DNA from: Parcubacteria group bacterium LiPW_15
GTDB lineage: Bacteria > Patescibacteriota > Minisyncoccia > UBA6257 > 2-01-FULL-56-20
Direction of reading: 5' to 3'
Length of the DNA: 64,000 bases
NCBI GenBank assembly: GCA_007375645.1
Contig: VMER01000001.1
Coordinates: 273,211-337,210, forward strand
Shown piece after piece: positions 36,848-46,517 of the stretch. A program made the position numbers and the translations under genes. Below the pieces are notes generated by a model, which searched no databases, was not told the origin of the DNA, and saw only the letters and a program-made list of their open reading frames with translations. Each line of letters begins with the position of its first letter. The stretch's first letter is position 1.

Positions 36848-39800
36848 TTAGAACCTGTCTTTCTCCCCGATCAAAGAAACATAGAGCGTGGGCACGATGA
36901 ACAGAGTAAGGAAGGAGGAAAGCGAAAGTCCGAAGATGACCGCGCCGCCCAAAGACGTCCAAGTTTCATTCGAAAGCGTTACCGGCAAGATCCCGAAGAT
37001 CGTGCAGATAGAGGTGATAAAGATAGCCTCCATTCTGGATTTGCCCGCGTCTACCACGGAATCCATGAACGGGATCCCGCTCTTTATATTGAGGTTCATC
37101 TTGTCCACTAAAATTATCGCGTTCTTAACCACAATTCCAAAAAGCGCCAGAATTCCGATAAGTCCCGGGAAGCTCAAGGCAACATTGAAGATTCCCATAC
37201 CCACGAAAACTCCGATCAAGGCCAGAGGAATCGTGACCAAAACTATCGCCGCCTTCCTAAAGGAATTAAATTGGATAACCAAAGTGATGATGATCAAAAG
37301 GATCGCGATCACCATCGCCTGCAGGATCGAAACGACGGATTCCGTATTTTGCTCGTTCTCTCCCCCGTAGAAGATGGAATATCCGGTCGGAAATTCGTAA
37401 GTTTCTATTTTGGATTGGAAATCCGCCAGGATTTTATTCGAATTGGTGGTCGAATCCGCGCCTGCCGAAAGCAGAACTGTCCGCTTTTGATCTATGCGCG
37501 TTATGGTATCCACCGCGGGTTTCAGCTCTATCTTCGCCACGTCCTTCAGAAACACCGCTTGCTTGCGCAAATTGAGTATCTGCAAATTCTGCACGGCCTC
37601 CAGGCCCGGAAGCTTGGCTTTGTCGAAACGCACCACAATTTTTACCTCCTTGCCGTTTTGGATCACGGTGCTGACTTCGCTTCCGGAGATAGCCATCCTG
37701 AGCATTGAACCTACATAGGCGGCGTTCAGGCCGTTCAATTCAAGCTTCACCGGATCCAGGGTAAACGTATATTCCGGAGCCGCATCCTTAAGCGAAATAT
37801 CCACGTTAATAACGCCGGGAATTTCCTTGAGTTTAACTTCCAGCTCCTGCGCTATTTTATCCAATTCTTTGAGGTCGTCGCCGCTGATGCGGGCTTCAAA
37901 CGCGGCTCCGGTCGGCGGTCCGCCGCTCTCGGTCGAAACGGTTAACTCCGCGCCGCTTACGCTCGCAAAATCGCGCCGCATATCTTCCGCAAGAAGATAG
38001 GATTTCTTGGAGCGCAGCTTCGCGTCCTTAAGGGTTATAGTCATGGAAGCGACATTAGAGCCGCTGCGGCCGTTCGTACTCATCGCGCTCGGGTGGCCGA
38101 CAATAGACGAGAACGTTTTGATATCCGGATATTTAATAAGTTTCTCTTCAACCTGGCGCGCAACCTTATCCGTTTCCGAAATATTCATTCCGATCGGGGT
38201 GCGTACATCCACATATACGTAATCGGAATCCGATACCGGGAAAAATATCATCTGCACGATGCCCGTCGCGGGCAGCATGAGCGAAAATATAAAGATCGCA
38301 CCAACGGTCCACAAGGTTATCTTGCGCGCCCGTTTGGTCCCGATCATCTTGGTCACCGCCCGCTCATAGGACGGCAGGAAAACGTTGAAATGCAATATTC
38401 CGTGGATAAGTTTTTCCGCGAGCGTCGCGTCGGGATGATTGCCCTGCTCTCTCAATTTTTTCTTTATAAGCTCGTCGCTCTGCCACTCCATATCCATCTG
38501 CGCTTTGTTTGCCACAAGCTGATCGTGCCCGCCCCGCTCATACCAAACTATCATCCAAATATTTCCGGCCAAAACCAAAGCTCCCGCACCGAAGCCCAAG
38601 ACCCCGCCGGTCCAGAAAAGCAGACCCATTATCGCGATAAGCAGCAGTTCGATCAAGATGAAAAACCGCTTGGTCATCCGAAGGCGCTCCAAAACCGCCG
38701 CCAGCGGATGGTTGATCATGAGTGCGATAAACAAAGAAGAGATAAGCGTTATGGAAACGGTTATCGGAATGGATTTTATGAACTCCCCCATTATTCCGGT
38801 CGAGAGAAGAAGCGGGAGGAAAGCCCACACGGTGGTAAGAGTCGTGGTCGTAAGCACAACTTTGAAATCGTTCAAGACCAAAAGTACCGCCTCTTCCGGA
38901 GTGTATTTCCCGGTTCGCAAATATTGCTTGGTCGCGGAAACCACGACTATCGCGTCGTCCACGAGAAGTCCCAAGGCCAGGATAAGCGAAAACAGCGAAA
39001 GGAAGTTCAGGGTCTGGCCCATCGCAAGCATTACCGAAAAGGTCGCAAAAAACACGAGCGGTATGGCAAGTCCGGCCACAAACGCTTCTTTAAGGCCAAC
39101 TATCAAAAAGAGGATCACGAAAACCAGAAGAAGCGTCAGCAAAAAATCGTGGCTTAACTGATTAAAATCCCGATCCACCAATTCCGCGAGATCGGTCGTG
39201 GTTTGATATTGCACTCCGGGCGGGAAAACTTTGAGCATCCGCTCCGTAGCCGCCTTGGCTTCGGAAACCGTGTCGATTATAGAACCGCCCGTCCTCTTTA
39301 TTATGGAAATTGTCACCGCGTCCTCCGGAACGGAACCTTCGGAAGAAAGGCGGGAATAAGCGGTTTTTTCTATTGCCTTAAGCGAAACATTAGCCAGATC
39401 TTTTACGAAGATAAGTCCCCCGTCGTTCGTGTGCCCCACGGGAATAGCGCCGATAGTTTCCGCCGTAAACACGCGCGAGTCCGAGCGGATCGGATAAGTG
39501 AATTGGCTGCCCTCAAAGTTTCCCGCAGGAATCGCGAGATTAGTGGCAGCTATCGCCTGATTCGCCTGGTCCGCGGAGATTCCGTAAAAAAGTAATTTTT
39601 CCGGGCTGTAGGCTACCTCGAATTCTTTTTCATCGCCGCCGGAAATATTCGCCTCCCGAACTCCGGGTATTTTTTCGAGCTCGTCCTTAAGATCTTCGGC
39701 CATCTGCCGCATTTCAAATCCGCCGTAAGGTCCGGTAATGGCCAGGGTAAGCACCGGCTGATCGTCCATGGATATTTCCGTGACCACCGGCTCTTTGGCG

Positions 39801-40258
39801 TCGGCCGGCAAACTATTCTTTGCGCTGGTCACTTTGTCCCGCAAACTGCGGATAGAATCGTCGAGGTTCGCCTTCGCGTTAAATTCCACGACTATCGAGG
39901 AAACGGAGTTATAGGAATTGGAGGTGACCTTATCCAGGTCTTTGAGCCCCGCGATGCCGGTTTCCAATTTCTTGGTGACCAGCTCTTCCACGTCCGAAGG
40001 CGAGGCCCCGGGGTAGACAGTCGAAACAACCGCGATCGGTATCTTTACTTCCGGGTTGGATTCGCGCGGAAGCTTCGAAAAGGAATACGCGCCGGCAACA
40101 GCCAAAATGCCGATAAGCAGAATAACAACCCTGAAATTCGAAACGAAAAAGTTCAGAAAACTTTTCCGAAGTTCCGGATTAAATTCGAGGCGCTCCAAAT
40201 ATTTTTCGTCGGAAGACTTGTGGGTCGATTCCGGGATATTTATCTCTTCGTTTTCCAT
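36848..40258 (-). CDS. RND-family efflux transporter permease (AcrB/HAE1-like), 1136 aa
   Basis: 12-TM topology with two large periplasmic loops; characteristic N-terminus and size. Confidence 0.9.
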   Translation of the reverse strand: MENEEINIPESTHKSSDEKYLERLEFNPELRKSFLNFFVSNFRVVILLIGILAVAGAYSFSKLPRESNPEVKIPIAVVSTVYPGASPSDVEELVTKKLETGIAGLKDLDKVTSNSYNSVSSIVVEFNAKANLDDSIRSLRDKVTSAKNSLPADAKEPVVTEISMDDQPVLTLAITGPYGGFEMRQMAEDLKDELEKIPGVREANISGGDEKEFEVAYSPEKLLFYGISADQANQAIAATNLAIPAGNFEGSQFTYPIRSDSRVFTAETIGAIPVGHTNDGGLIFVKDLANVSLKAIEKTAYSRLSSEGSVPEDAVTISIIKRTGGSIIDTVSEAKAATERMLKVFPPGVQYQTTTDLAELVDRDFNQLSHDFLLTLLLVFVILFLIVGLKEAFVAGLAIPLVFFATFSVMLAMGQTLNFLSLFSLILALGLLVDDAIVVVSATKQYLRTGKYTPEEAVLLVLNDFKVVLTTTTLTTVWAFLPLLLSTGIMGEFIKSIPITVSITLISSLFIALMINHPLAAVLERLRMTKRFFILIELLLIAIMGLLFWTGGVLGFGAGALVLAGNIWMIVWYERGGHDQLVANKAQMDMEWQSDELIKKKLREQGNHPDATLAEKLIHGILHFNVFLPSYERAVTKMIGTKRARKITLWTVGAIFIFSLMLPATGIVQMIFFPVSDSDYVYVDVRTPIGMNISETDKVARQVEEKLIKYPDIKTFSSIVGHPSAMSTNGRSGSNVASMTITLKDAKLRSKKSYLLAEDMRRDFASVSGAELTVSTESGGPPTGAAFEARISGDDLKELDKIAQELEVKLKEIPGVINVDISLKDAAPEYTFTLDPVKLELNGLNAAYVGSMLRMAISGSEVSTVIQNGKEVKIVVRFDKAKLPGLEAVQNLQILNLRKQAVFLKDVAKIELKPAVDTITRIDQKRTVLLSAGADSTTNSNKILADFQSKIETYEFPTGYSIFYGGENEQNTESVVSILQAMVIAILLIIITLVIQFNSFRKAAIVLVTIPLALIGVFVGMGIFNVALSFPGLIGILALFGIVVKNAIILVDKMNLNIKSGIPFMDSVVDAGKSRMEAIFITSICTIFGILPVTLSNETWTSLGGAVIFGLSLSSFLTLFIVPTLYVSLIGEKDRF

Positions 40259-40260
40259 AT

Positions 40261-41880
40261 TTACTGATTTACCGAAACCTTTTCTCCTGTTTTCAATTCA
40301 TAAACCGGGGAAACGATGCTCATGTCCGCGGAAATGCCGGATTTAACTTCGACAAACTCGCCGTTAACCGCTCCCAGTTGCACCGGTCGCTCGGAAAGCA
40401 TTCCGTTCTCCACGAGATATACAAACGCTCCATCACTGCTTATTTTCACGGCTTGAAGCGGCAAAAGGAAGGAGGCTCCGCTTCCGGCAATCTGCTTCGC
40501 GGCAATTTTAACCGCTACATTTTGACCGACCACCAAATTGGAAGTCTTAGGATCGGAAACAATCACATCCACCTGGACTTTTTTGGTGCCGGGATCAATG
40601 CTCGGAGCAACCCGATTAACTTTGCCGGCGATATTGTCTCCGATAACCGCGTCCGCTCCCTCTTCAACCAAAGAAACATCCGAAGCGCTTACGAAAGATT
40701 TAACCTTCAACCAATCCTTGTTGACCACGGAAACAACCAATTGCCCGGGCGAAGAAAGTTCGCCCACGCGCGCCGGTATGGCCGCGACCACCCCGTCGAT
40801 CGGAGAACGAATAACCGTTTTCGCCACCTGCGCCCTAAGCGCGTTCACGGATTCCAAAGACTGCTGAACCAAAGCTTCCTGAGAGGCTATCTGGTCGGAA
40901 GTATATCCGGCCTCCTTGAGCTGAAGTTGGTTTTTAATCCCTTGGATCACCAGTTTCTGCGCGGATATCGCCTGCTCTTGCGCGCTTATTGAAGTAGCTG
41001 CGCCGTTCGCTTCCCCTTTCGCGACGCCTAAAGTCAATCGAAATCCATCAACTGCAGTTTGCGACAATCCGGTCTCGTAACGGATCGCGTCGGAAGTCCG
41101 ATCCAAAAATGATTTAATGAAAGCTACATGGGCTTTGGAATTCGTAATAAGCTTGTCGAAGTCACTTTGCGTGGAAGTGCTCGTCACCGCGGATAATTCC
41201 ACGCGCCACTTATTAAGCTCGGCGCTCGCGCCAAGCCTGCCGGTCTCCACGTCTATTTTCGTTTGCGCGTCGCTGACCAAAAAAGTTAATTGAGGATTCA
41301 GCTCTTCGTCGTTCGTAAAAAACTGATCCAGTTGTTTTCTTACCGCGTCCTCGCTTTTTGAATAAGCGTCGCTTAGAAGATTCGGGGTGTTGCTGTAGAT
41401 ATTCCCGAGGCCCTGGTTGGCTTTGTCCAATTCGGTTTTAGTGATATTGAGGTCTTCCGCGCGCACGCCCTTCCTCATTTCCGCGAGTCGCGACTCCTGC
41501 GCATCCAAACCGGCCTGAACCTGTCCAAGTTGCGCCAAGAAATCCGCATTTTGGAAATTAACCAAAGCCTGATCCTTCGAAACCTTATCTCCGACCGAAA
41601 CATTTATTTTGGAAACCTGAGCGGATATCTGGCTCCTGAGTTCCGCCTGCTCCAAAGACTCCACCGAACCGTCGCCGAAAACAAACGACCCGGACTTTCC
41701 GTAGTCCTTAACCGCTATCAAATTTACTCTTTTTGCGGAGTCGGACGATCCGCCGGAGTTTTGAACCGCCAGTCTTGAGCCGACCGCGGCCACGGCAACC
41801 ACCGCGACCAAAAGAAGACTCATTAATATCTTGTGTTTTTTAAACATTTTATTTTTGTGCAAGTCCAGAAAGTGTAGCAA
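40261..41880 (-). CDS. HlyD/AcrA-family periplasmic adaptor for the RND pump
   Basis: N-terminal TM, long coiled coil, beta-barrel; directly upstream of the RND gene. Confidence 0.8.
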   Translation of the reverse strand: MLHFLDLHKNKMFKKHKILMSLLLVAVVAVAAVGSRLAVQNSGGSSDSAKRVNLIAVKDYGKSGSFVFGDGSVESLEQAELRSQISAQVSKINVSVGDKVSKDQALVNFQNADFLAQLGQVQAGLDAQESRLAEMRKGVRAEDLNITKTELDKANQGLGNIYSNTPNLLSDAYSKSEDAVRKQLDQFFTNDEELNPQLTFLVSDAQTKIDVETGRLGASAELNKWRVELSAVTSTSTQSDFDKLITNSKAHVAFIKSFLDRTSDAIRYETGLSQTAVDGFRLTLGVAKGEANGAATSISAQEQAISAQKLVIQGIKNQLQLKEAGYTSDQIASQEALVQQSLESVNALRAQVAKTVIRSPIDGVVAAIPARVGELSSPGQLVVSVVNKDWLKVKSFVSASDVSLVEEGADAVIGDNIAGKVNRVAPSIDPGTKKVQVDVIVSDPKTSNLVVGQNVAVKIAAKQIAGSGASFLLPLQAVKISSDGAFVYLVENGMLSERPVQLGAVNGEFVEVKSGISADMSIVSPVYELKTGEKVSVNQ

Positions 41881-42148
41881 AAACCGAGGGTTATTTCAAC
41901 CAAAAACCGCCCTGCCTCATATAAACCCACGCGGGGACGGACGAACAAACCCTTTGAAAGACTATCCCGCAAAATGAGCGCCCAGGTAATACGGCCAGAC
42001 TATTACCGCGAGCACCCCTTGCCAGAAGGCCAGCTTAAGGAAGCCGATGGTGAAAAACCAGCCGGCTGCCCAAAACACGCCGCACGACCCTCCCATATGT
42101 CCACACTTCATTTTGTCCATTATTAAAATTGATGAGCGACCTTTTGAT

Positions 42149-42493
42149 TTAAATTTCTTCCAACATTCTGGACGCCTTGTTTTTCAGATCAACAGCTTGT
42201 TGTCTGACTGGAGTATCGGTATGTGCCTCGGAATCCGCGTTTAAAACAACATCCCACAACACCTCTTCCGCTTCCGCCTTCTCTCCGGCTTCAAGCAAGA
42301 GTTTCGCCAGTTCTATCTGAAAATTTATTTTGGAAAGCGGACTCTTATCCTCCGCGTCCATGCGCTCAGAAGTTTCAGCTATCCATTTATTAAGGAATTC
42401 TTTTGCTTCCGAATTCGCCAAACCTTTCTCGGCTATTTCTGCCACGACCCGTTCCCGGGATGGGCCCTTTTCGAAATTAGACGCCTTATCCAT
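42149..42493 (-). CDS. Hypothetical acidic helical 114-aa protein
   Basis: ORF only. Confidence 0.4.
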   Translation of the reverse strand: MDKASNFEKGPSRERVVAEIAEKGLANSEAKEFLNKWIAETSERMDAEDKSPLSKINFQIELAKLLLEAGEKAEAEEVLWDVVLNADSEAHTDTPVRQQAVDLKNKASRMLEEI

Positions 42494-42545
42494 AGATTAA
42501 GTATAAATCCAAGATTGCTTCATGTAAAAAACCCTTTTTTGTATT

Positions 42546-42573
42546 AAAAACGCCCCGACCGGGGGTCGGGGCG
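42546..42573 (-). terminator. Intrinsic terminator CGCCCCGACC ggg GGTCGGGGCG + T-run (minus strand)
   Basis: Seen directly. Confidence 0.55.
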
Positions 42574-42594
42574 CGTTGACGAAGAGCTGAACTG

Positions 42595-43722
42595 TCAGTA
42601 GCCGTATTTCTCGCGCAGCGTCGCAAGAGAGGCCCGAACCTGGAACAAAGAACTCTCGAGAGAGCGAAGCGTCTCCTGTCTCGCGCCGAGGGCCCTCTGC
42701 TTCTCTTGGAGATCCCCGAACCCGAAGCTGGCGCTTCCGGCGTTCATGAAAAAGAGCTGGATCTTCGCGATCTCTTCTCGCTCGTCTTTGATCCTCGAAG
42801 CCACCTCTTCCACGAGAGCCTTGGCCCCCTCGTATTCGGCCTTCCGCCGCTCCGTTTCCTTGAAGAATGCCTCGAGATAGCAGAGGACGCGCGCGGGCTC
42901 GTTCCGCCTCCACTCCTTACTCACGAGGGCTTCTTCGAGAGAAGCCGGAACTTCGTCGCTGGACTTGCGATCCCTGGGCTTCGCGAAAACAAGTCCGCGA
43001 AGGATCCCGATGTCCACCGCATCGATGCCCTCGCGATGCATCCACAGCCGGTCGAGTTCGCCCATCTGCAGAAGGATCCTCATGAATCCGATCCTGTGTG
43101 CGCTGAGAAGATTCCTCCACTCGTCCAGCTTTTCACGGTGTTCGCTCCACGGCGGATACATCCTATCCCGCCAGAAGAATTCGCTGTTCCACGCAAAAAG
43201 ACAGAGCTTCAGGAGGAATTCCTTGAGAATGATTTTCTCATGGGCAGTCAAGACGTTGCGATAGTCGAAGCTCCTCGAACTGCCATGGCCCGAGAAATTG
43301 TCGAGAAACTCGAAAAGCTTCGGCAGGACCTCCGCGTCCAGGATATCCGGAAACCAAGAAGGCATTGCAGAACTGGACGCATTCTTGAAAACGCGCTGGC
43401 AGAGAACCGAAGCGGCTTTCTCCGCGATCTTGCACTCCGGACAGACGTTGCCGGCGCTGCAGTGCGACATCGCATGGTCCAGAAAGAACAGCGTCCTCGC
43501 CTGCCTTTCCTTGCAGCTTTTCGGTTCGCTGTCGTAGGCGATATGCAGATGGTTGATGAGCGAAACGGTATACGTTTCGCGATTCCAATCGAAGAGCCAC
43601 GCCTGCCAGGAATAATCCCGGGGTTCGCCCCCCAGGACCTTCCTCCCCTTGAGCGGATGAACCCACTTCTTGCCCTCTTCGGGCGGTTTCTCGGTGACCT
43701 GGGTCTCGCTATTTTCGGCCAT
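42595..43722 (-). CDS. Hypothetical 375-aa protein in a strongly GC-rich (foreign-looking) segment
   Basis: Long ORF with clearly higher GC than the flanks; Cys cluster CSAGNVCPECK; no family recognised. Confidence 0.5.
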   Translation of the reverse strand: MAENSETQVTEKPPEEGKKWVHPLKGRKVLGGEPRDYSWQAWLFDWNRETYTVSLINHLHIAYDSEPKSCKERQARTLFFLDHAMSHCSAGNVCPECKIAEKAASVLCQRVFKNASSSAMPSWFPDILDAEVLPKLFEFLDNFSGHGSSRSFDYRNVLTAHEKIILKEFLLKLCLFAWNSEFFWRDRMYPPWSEHREKLDEWRNLLSAHRIGFMRILLQMGELDRLWMHREGIDAVDIGILRGLVFAKPRDRKSSDEVPASLEEALVSKEWRRNEPARVLCYLEAFFKETERRKAEYEGAKALVEEVASRIKDEREEIAKIQLFFMNAGSASFGFGDLQEKQRALGARQETLRSLESSLFQVRASLATLREKYGY

Positions 43723-43817
43723 ATAGGCCTCCTTTCAATCTAGCCCCATACCAAGCCGGGGCTTTGGCTACGCAAAATATAGACCTCTCGCCGAGGCCCC
43801 GCAAGTGTCGAATAGGC

Positions 43818-44342
43818 CTATTTCGGCTCAAACGTTTTGAGCGGTTTGCCCTGAATTATTTGGTCTACCTCTTCAAACCCTAGCGGAAACGCAAAGTTAT
43901 AGCGCGCCGGTAGAGCAAAAACATATTTAGCGTTCCGGTCAAGTTCGCTAGGAGGAATCGGCGCCGCGCCGATATGAAATTTCTCTTGCTGTAGTTCACC
44001 CCACTGGTTAAGCGTGAAGATCATTATCGGAATATCTTGATACATTACTTCTTTGGTCCATTTTGGATTATGGATAGAGACCACCGTACCGGTCGTGTAA
44101 TGTGTTTCGCCCAATTGATCGCCGATCACGTCTCCGCTCCACTCGTCATTCGTCACCGTGTAACCCATCCAGGTTGCCGGCAATGAAACGCTGAAACCAT
44201 ACTCGGCATTTTTATATTCGAGCTGCGTTATATTCTGTTTTTCGCAAAACTTCGGCCAAGCAAAATACCCGAGCACCATTAAAATAGCCAAAAGACCGAA
44301 GATTATTACCCGCCTTATTATCGAATGCTTGATCATGAACAA
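43818..44342 (-). CDS. Membrane-anchored hypothetical protein (N-terminal TM, extracytoplasmic domain)
   Basis: ORF with one N-terminal TM. Confidence 0.45.
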   Translation of the reverse strand: MFMIKHSIIRRVIIFGLLAILMVLGYFAWPKFCEKQNITQLEYKNAEYGFSVSLPATWMGYTVTNDEWSGDVIGDQLGETHYTTGTVVSIHNPKWTKEVMYQDIPIMIFTLNQWGELQQEKFHIGAAPIPPSELDRNAKYVFALPARYNFAFPLGFEEVDQIIQGKPLKTFEPK

Positions 44343-44354
44343 TCCAAATGCCTA

Positions 44355-44702
44355 TTACTTTGGCAAATGTTTTTTTATATGCTTCCAGGAATGTTTCGCC
44401 TTCGCGGCAAGGATTTTTGCCTCAGCCAAAGAAAGTTTCTTAGCCTTTGCATAGCTCTTTGCTTTTTCAGCGACAAAGGCTTCGTACTCCGGCTCGCCCA
44501 CCTCTTTCATCTTTTTTACCTGCGGAGCGATATAGTTAAGAAATTCTCCGGATAATTTCGTAAAATTCTTCTGCATTTTTTGCCCGGATTCCGACTCCAG
44601 CATGCCGGCCACAACGCCAAGCACTCCTCCGACCAAAGCACCCGCCAAAAGACCTCCTCCTTTTTTCTTTGCTCCTTTCTTGCTAACAATTTTTTTCTTC
44701 AT
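44355..44702 (-). CDS. YtxH-like small protein (N-terminal Gly-rich TM, Lys/Ala-rich helix)
   Basis: GGLLAGALVGGVLGVVAGML then a charged helical tail. Confidence 0.45.
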   Translation of the reverse strand: MKKKIVSKKGAKKKGGGLLAGALVGGVLGVVAGMLESESGQKMQKNFTKLSGEFLNYIAPQVKKMKEVGEPEYEAFVAEKAKSYAKAKKLSLAEAKILAAKAKHSWKHIKKHLPK

Positions 44703-44770
44703 AATATTTTTTATTTAATTTATTAACTGCCTCGTCGCGACCTTTCCGATCTATTCCAACAAACCATACG

Positions 44771-45166
44771 CTACCAATTAAGATACGTTATCGTGAGCTG
44801 GAGAATTGTCGCGAACGAAACCCAAACGAGATACGGTATCTGGATGTAAGTTAACCACTTTTCATGCCGGTAAATCGCCGCCATCCCCCAGATAAGCGTG
44901 CCAAGAATGAGCAGGATATCTATGGCCGCAAGAAAATTATTCTGGAGGGTAAATTGTATCGGGGAGAATGCAAGGTTAAAAATAAGATTTAAGACGAACG
45001 GCAAAGCAACAATTTTATCGATCTTCTTCCTCCACGCCAGCACAAAAACCCTGCCGAAAGAAATTCCGATTAAAATATAGAGCGCTGTCCAAACCGGACC
45101 GAAAAGCCAGGCCGGCGGCGCAAAAGACGGCCTTGCCAAGCTCGCATACCAAATTGCTGTCTCCAT
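44771..45166 (-). CDS. TspO/MBR-family tryptophan-rich membrane protein (short form)
   Basis: WYASLARPSFAPPAWLFGPVWTALYILIG and Trp-rich TM helices. Confidence 0.6.
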   Translation of the reverse strand: METAIWYASLARPSFAPPAWLFGPVWTALYILIGISFGRVFVLAWRKKIDKIVALPFVLNLIFNLAFSPIQFTLQNNFLAAIDILLILGTLIWGMAAIYRHEKWLTYIQIPYLVWVSFATILQLTITYLNW

Positions 45167-45223
45167 GCTCTAATTATAGCAGGACTTTAAAATTTCTCCG
45201 TCTTTAGTTAGAATCCTTCCAAT

Positions 45224-45294
45224 GGGGGCATAGTTCAATGGTAGAACAGCGGTCTCCAAAACCGCTGACCTGGGTTCGATTCCTAGTGCCCCCG
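45224..45294 (+). tRNA. tRNA-Trp (anticodon CCA)
   Basis: GGGGGCATAGTTCAATGGTAGAACAGCGGTCTCCAAAACCGCTGACCTGGGTTCGATTCCTAGTGCCCCCG; anticodon loop CTCCAAA. Confidence 0.88.
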
Positions 45295-45492
45295 CTAGCA
45301 AAATGAGATGGTCTTGTGGCCATCTCATTTTGATATTGGCAGTTAGGAATCGGACTGAGAGGTGGGGTCGGGAGGAAAGGTATTCCTCCCGTGTCGGAAA
45401 TTACTCAAAAACGAGGGTTTTGAGAAGCGAATGAAATGAACGCATGAGATTCCCTTGAGCGCCTGCGCTTAGTGCCCCCGCTAGCAAAATGA
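45285..45492 (+). repeat. 23-bp direct repeat (tagtgcccccgctagcaaaatga) = tRNA-Trp 3' end + 12 nt, duplicated 163 bp downstream (att-like scar)
   Basis: Copies at 45285-45306 and 45470-45492. Confidence 0.75.
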
Positions 45493-45531
45493 CGCCTAGT
45501 ATAGAAAGAGCATAAAAACAAAAATCCCCGG

Positions 45532-45711
45532 TTATTTGCCGGAGATCCTTGTTTCCTTGTGCTTAGTAGACTTCCTGCACCAGGCGCAGTATTTCTTAAG
45601 TTCGATCTTGCGCTCCACTTTCTTCTTATTTTTGGACGTATAATATCCCCTGTTTTTACAGACTTCACACTTCAGGGCTATTAGGTTTTCGGACCGCTTT
45701 ACCTTTGCCAT
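45532..45711 (-). CDS. rpmG: 50S ribosomal protein L33
   Basis: MAKVKRSENLIALKCEVCKNRGYYTSKNKKK...KKYCAWCRKST; the ORF-track N-terminal extension is rejected. Confidence 0.85.
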   Translation of the reverse strand: MAKVKRSENLIALKCEVCKNRGYYTSKNKKKVERKIELKKYCAWCRKSTKHKETRISGK

Positions 45712-45808
45712 AGTTCGGTAATAGTAGCAAATTGCCCAAATCTTGTAAACCCCGGGAGGATGACATATCCTTCCATTTCGGCTAAAATCCAATTGTCTTC
45801 GACCGAAG

Positions 45809-45880
45809 GCCACCTTAGCTCAGCGGTAGAGCAACTCTTTTGTAAAGAGAAGATCCTCGGTTCAAATCCGAGAGGTGGCT
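45809..45880 (+). tRNA. tRNA-Thr (anticodon UGU)
   Basis: GCCACCTTAGCTCAGCGGTAGAGCAACTCTTTTGTAAAGAGAAGATCCTCGGTTCAAATCCGAGAGGTGGCT; perfect acceptor and T-arm, anticodon loop TTTGTAA. Confidence 0.8.
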
Positions 45881-45890
45881 CCGAAAGAAC

Positions 45891-45935
45891 AAAAAAATCC
45901 GTCCGGCGGTGAACGCAAGGACGGATTTTTTGTTT
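45891..45935. terminator. Bidirectional intrinsic terminator ATCCGTCC...GGACGGAT flanked by A7 and T6
   Basis: aaaaaaATCCGTCCggcggtgaacgcaaGGACGGATtttttg. Confidence 0.65.
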
Positions 45936-46179
45936 ACATAGCCGGGGTTTCTGGTGCTGCCGGCGGGGTAACGTCTGCCGGCGGGGTCGCGTCTTTCGCC
46001 TTGGCGATCATGGCCGCCTTCATCTCTTCCGGGGTCATGGTTTCGGCCATCTTTTGAACTACTTCCGGATGGGCCACTGCCGCATGCTGTTCAAGTTTGG
46101 TCGCGGCCTCTTCCGGAGTTTCGCCTTCGGCGACAAACGGGCAGGTAACGCCCATATCCATACAAGAAATATTTTTCAT
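45934..46179 (-). CDS. DUF1059-like small protein
   Basis: MKNISCMDMGVTCPFVAEGETPEEA...HP matches the MKxISCxDxGxxCxF DUF1059 pattern. Confidence 0.5.
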   Translation of the reverse strand: MKNISCMDMGVTCPFVAEGETPEEAATKLEQHAAVAHPEVVQKMAETMTPEEMKAAMIAKAKDATPPADVTPPAAPETPAM

Positions 46180-46322
46180 GGGTATATTTAATTTAAAAGT
46201 TCCGACCTTTCATTGCGACCCGATTTAGGTACGTCTTTATTTTAACCCATAAGGCGCAACACGGGCAAAGTCTGGCTATGGACTTTTCGGCCAAAATAAA
46301 TACAATCAAAGAGTCCTTTTAC

Positions 46323-46395
46323 GCCAATGTAGCTCAGTTGGTAGAGCAACTCCATGGTAAGGAGTAGGTCGTCGGTTCAACTCCGACCATTGGCT
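46323..46395 (+). tRNA. tRNA-Thr (anticodon GGU)
   Basis: GCCAATGTAGCTCAGTTGGTAGAGCAACTCCATGGTAAGGAGTAGGTCGTCGGTTCAACTCCGACCATTGGCT; anticodon stem ACTCC/GGAGT, loop ATGGTAA. Confidence 0.85.
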
Positions 46396-46415
46396 CAGAA
46401 ATAAGCTCGAGATCA

Positions 46416-46437
46416 AGAAGCCCGTAGGGGCTTTTTT
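46416..46437 (+). terminator. Intrinsic terminator AAGCCC gta GGGGCTT + T6
   Basis: Seen directly after tRNA-Thr. Confidence 0.55.
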
Positions 46438-46517
46438 GACACGGTAAAATCCTGTAGTATGTATCTAAAGATCGCCGAAAAGGACGCCTGCCGAATCCCA
46501 AATAGGCAAAATATTCC

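Noticed and set aside
36843-36962. N-terminal extension of the engB ORF (MDVFGRRG...)
   Set aside because: It overlaps the 3' end of the RND gene. The conserved EngB sequence begins at MAKINS (36842) right after the RND stop codon.
38093-39161. 354-aa and 167-aa plus-strand ORFs inside the RND transporter gene
   Set aside because: They are antisense to a well-supported 1136-aa RND permease, with Arg/His-rich low-complexity translations typical of antisense frames.
42706-43743. 345-aa plus-strand ORF and several other ORFs (42867-43085, 42917-43120, 43238-43666, 43248-43475) overlapping the GC-rich gene
   Set aside because: Antisense or alternate-frame ORFs are expected by chance in high-GC DNA; only the 375-aa minus-strand frame is continuous across the island and terminator-bounded.
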